Below are positions 36,170-40,313 of a stretch of 40,313 nt of DNA, in pieces. The notes beneath the pieces were generated by a model. That model saw only the letters and a list, made by a program, of their open reading frames with translations. It was not told the DNA's origin and searched no databases. Position 1 is the stretch's first letter. Every line of letters begins with the position of its first letter. The position numbers and the translations under genes are program-made. The stretch is from Octopus bimaculoides (taxonomy: Eukaryota), in assembly GCF_001194135.2 (NCBI RefSeq), contig NC_068988.1, positions 94,862,954 through 94,903,266 on the forward strand. Reading direction: 5' to 3'.

Positions 36170-36716
36170 ACATATAGATATATATACATAAATATACACA
36201 CACACAGACATATATATATACATATATGTGTCTGTGTGTGCGCGAGTGTTACGGAGTGAGGGAAGAGCGTCGAAAGAATGTAAACAAAAGTAAAACCAGG
36301 ATATATAAATAATAACAACAGCAGCAGCAGCTTCAATAACATTGCGAAATAAAATGTATTAAAAACGGTAAATGAATAAATGAGGCCATTTCGTTGGTGG
36401 TTAGTTGTGTGTGTGTGTGTGTGTGTGTGTGTTGAGCAGTTTGCTCGGCGACTGAACTGAGGGTCTAAGGCTGTCACTTGACTGTTTCGAGTGTTACGCT
36501 TGTCCACCAGAGCTGTAAGGCACCGGGACAGCTGGAGCTGACATACCGCCAAATAGCCGACCGTTTAGTTTCATCTGTGTCGCAACTGGGAACCAGCGCC
36601 GCGCGCCTACCGCTCACTCCCATTCTCTCGCTCCTCCTCCTTTTTCCTTGTTTACCCTCCTCTGCTTCTCTCTTCTTCCTCTCTTTTCCTCCCTCCTTTC
36701 GCTACCAGTACCTCCG

Positions 36717-36747
<31 letters not shown>

Positions 36748-37837
36748 NNNNNNNNNNNNNNNNNNNNNNNNNNNNNNNNNNNNNNNNNNNNNNNNNNNNN
36801 NNNNNNNNNNNNNNNNNNNNNNNNNNNNNNNNNNNNNNNNNNNNNNNNNNNNNNNNNNNNNNNNNNNNNNNNNNNNNNNNNNNNNNNNNNNNNNNNNNNN
36901 NNNNNNNNNNNNNNNNNNNNNNNNNNNNNNNNNNNNNNNNNNNNNNNNNNNNNNNNNNNNNNNNNNNNNNNNNNNNNNNNNNNNNNNNNNNNNNNNNNNN
37001 NNNNNNNNNNNNNNNNNNNNNNNNNNNNNNNNNNNNNNNNNNNNNNNNNNNNNNNNNNNNNNNNNNNNNNNNNNNNNNNNNNNNNNNNNNNNNNNNNNNN
37101 NNNNNNNNNNNNNNNNNNNNNNNNNNNNNNNNNNNNNNNNNNNNNNNNNNNNNNNNNNNNNNNNNNNNNNNNNNNNNNNNNNNNNNNNNNNNNNNNNNNN
37201 NNNNNNNNNNNNNNNNNNNNNNNNNNNNNNNNNNNNNNNCAATAAAGAAGAAAAGAGAGAGTAAGAAAGTAACAAAGGGAGAGAGAGAGAGGGAGAGCAA
37301 TTTTGGTGGCCTGACCTCTTCATCTACGTTGTCTTCTACACGCGCATCCCTCCCGCCGTTTTTCTCCATGTCGGACTTAACCAACTCCGGTCTGTTGTCT
37401 AGTATGTGTACCCCTTAACCCAGACAGTCCCCGTGTGAAGGTTTAACTTGCCACAGGCTGTTAGTGTCCAGCTGCTTGCTCTCTTATTGCCTCGCTCTTA
37501 TTCTCCGGCCTCACTCGCTTGTTTTTATAGAGATTTATCCCCCCCTTCTCCACCATCTTCCACCCCCCTACCTTTGTATTTCTCGCGTTCCCACATCCAC
37601 GTGAAATTCGCGAAGAGGTTCCTTGCACTTATATAGCTTTGTGCATTATGTGCTGCACCATAAACTGCTCTCTCTCTCTTTCTCTATCTATCTATCTATC
37701 TATCTATCTGTCTGTCTATCTCTCTTTATCTCTCTCTCTCTCTCTCTCTCTCTCTTTTCCTTTCTCTGTCTCTCTCCTCTTATGCATACATAAATATATA
37801 TACTTTTTATTCTTTTATTTGTTTCAATAAGGAGATT

Positions 37838-38105
37838 GCGACCATGCTGGAACATTGCCTCGATAATTTTAGTCGACCGCAGAACTTATATCAAATCTAC
37901 ATATTCAATCGTTCTCTTCATGTCAAAACGCTAAGTTATGAGGACATAAACTAGCAAATACGAGTCGTGAAGCTGTATATTATATACAGCAGGCTTCCGT
38001 ACAGTTTCCAACTCCGAAATTCACTCACAAGGCAGGTCAGTTTGGGTTGTAGTGGGCGTGGTGGTGCACAGTGGGACTGAGCCAGGAGCCACGATTGTTG
38101 CAAAC
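37838..38105 (-). mobile_element. Old degenerate copy of the 12131 SINE family
   Basis: tgcgaccatgctggaac...tttagtcgacc...aaacgctaagttatgaggacataaac...caggcttccgtacagtttcc...cactcacaaggc...gcacagtgggactgagccagga. Confidence 0.7.
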
Positions 38106-38738
38106 GGAACTTACTATCTAGTTTAATACACCTTGTATGTGTTCTTTTTTCATACCTACGCCAAACCTGCAACGACCCCTACCTGACATCCTACGTTTTG
38201 ATGAGCCTAGGTTCTTTAAAATTGTATAACTAATTCACAGAGGTACATTAAATACCATACAACATAAATTCTTCATTTACTACCACTGTCCCCACGTCTA
38301 CAGGGTGGACGTTAATTAAGACCAGCTCCACTTGAGAAGGGGAGAGAATCTCGAGATTTAAGAAGTGATTCAAATTGACATACCAATAAGGAAAAGGACA
38401 GGATTATTGTTAGGAGAAAAACGACGGCGGAACACTTATTGTTGAGCTCCAAGCAAGTATAATAGTGAATCGCGCATTGGAACTGTAATGTTAAATTGTG
38501 TTTATCCTTATTTCTCTTATATAAGCGCGCGCGCTCCTCCCTGTGTGCGTGTGCGTGTGAATAGACGTGCGTGTGAATAAACGTGCGCGCGCGCGTATCT
38601 TTTTAAATCTGTCAATGAACTAAACTATATGGATTGATTTCTGTAAATATATACTTGCGCTCATGGCCTCTCACACACATACAAACATGTACACATGCTT
38701 GCATTCATATATGCATATATGATTCTGTCTGTAAATAC

Positions 38739-38797
<59 letters not shown>

Positions 38798-39312
38798 TAC
38801 ATATACAATATAGAATATTATGGTTGAACCAATTTGTTGATAGTAGTTGTTTTCAATGTTAAATCGCACGATTTCTCAAAATAGTAGTTTATCGACGCTA
38901 TGCCAAAGCAAATTATGCTGGAGTGACAGGATACCGATTTTAGCCTTGTCAGCAGATATTCCAGCAAGTGTTTCCAGTTTGCAACATATCCAAAAATTTG
39001 CAAGGTATTGAAATGTCCAATTGTAACTCATGGCGTATCAAATGCCTGATCAGAAATAATTATGTATATTTGTGGCATTAGGGAAAACAACTGTGTTTTT
39101 TCTAAATAAAACATGTCTCTTATTATTTATTTACATATTTTATTATTACTATATATATTTTGTCTTTGTTTGTTTGTTTTTTTATGAATAAGCAGAACGA
39201 ACGAAAAGCTTGTTTAAAGCTGAACACTGTAGTTTAGAAATACCAGTCTTAAGTTATACAGATTGCCAATNNNNNNNNNNTTACATTTATTTTCCCGTTC
39301 TTTCTCTTGCAG

Positions 39313-39326
39313 AGTGTGATCTATAG
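39313..39326 (+). other. Possible terminal exon start (phase 1: xCDL*) followed by A-rich 3'UTR-like sequence
   Basis: Strong acceptor tttattttcccgttctttctcttgcag|; several AATAAA downstream (~39424, ~39493, ~39513). Coding part too short to identify. Confidence 0.22.
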
Positions 39327-39702
39327 ATTGTTAGCACATATTCCTCTGCATTCTTTCATTTCTTGAAAAGGAAACAAAAAAAAAAACACTAATCAATGGT
39401 ATTTTGCTGAAAACTTCCAGAGAAAATAAAACAAAAAAACATTCGACTCTACGTGATGGGTTGTGAAAACAAAACAAAACGAAAATATCGAAAATAAAAG
39501 AAAATCAAAATAAATAATAAAGATTGTTTATAAACGGTTATTATGTATTGATGTGTAGAATAGACAGATAAATACAGAGAAGTGCATTGAGGTATCTACT
39601 AGAATTAATCAATACATGTATACATAAATATATATAGACATATACATATATATACATATATATATACATATATACATATATATACAAATATGTATGTATG
39701 TG

Positions 39703-39735
<33 letters not shown>

Positions 39736-40084
39736 GCATATATGCATATATACAGGTATGTATGTATGTATGTACGTATATATATATATACGTACAGGTA
39801 TCATGTATATATATACATATATATATATTACATAAGTATGTGCGTGCGTGCGTGTGTATGGATGGATACATGTGTGTTCGTATGTATATATATATATATA
39901 TATATGTGCGTGTGTGCGTATGTATCCATGTGTGTACGTCGGATACGCAAACACAAGATAAAGGACTCAATACACGTCAAAGAGTTTATTAGTACGAAAT
40001 TGATGCTACCATTTGCTACTGTATACATTGTTTCACGTGATGTACGCGTGTGTGGTGTGATATATGTGTACATTTACATATGTA

Positions 40085-40123
<39 letters not shown>

Positions 40124-40313
40124 ATATATATTTCAGCTGACTCTGAAATGAATTGATAAGCCCACATATAACATACCAAGGTAGATGTTTTTCCTCTGAT
40201 GAAATTATATTCATGTCACTTAAATGTGAATTTAATGTACAAATTTGTAAATAAAATATTTAGTATGAATTGAAACAGCTGTAAGAAGCGAATATGATCA
40301 ATTTATTTATAAT

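Overview
AT-rich, microsatellite-saturated animal genomic DNA from a gapped short-read assembly. It has 14 N-runs, nearly all flanked by dinucleotide repeats. The SINE families resemble the octopus tRNA-derived OK/OR-type and CORE-type SINEs, so a cephalopod (Octopus) origin is inferred. No intact protein-coding gene, true RNA gene, CRISPR array or operon-like system is supported, and almost all ORFs in the supplied track are translations of microsatellites or gaps. Recognisable content is about a dozen SINE copies in at least three structural types, two mariner/Tc1 relics, two RTE-type RT fragments, a Penelope-like GIY-YIG fragment, a probable decayed L1/Tx1-like LINE, a 26-bp minisatellite and long GAA/GT/TA/GATA tracts. 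Points worth a second look are (i) a 33-nt candidate microexon with consensus splice signals plus weaker + strand exon candidates, which suggest the window is mostly intron of a large gene, (ii) an unnamed ~115-bp repeat present as two inverted copies, each with its own fold-back structure, (iii) two unexplained decayed coding-like tracts, one with a possible CARD-like pattern, and (iv) an exact 156-bp duplication next to a gap. I did not find convincing evidence of a novel multi-gene system. All protein-family calls are by-eye motif recognition, not database results.
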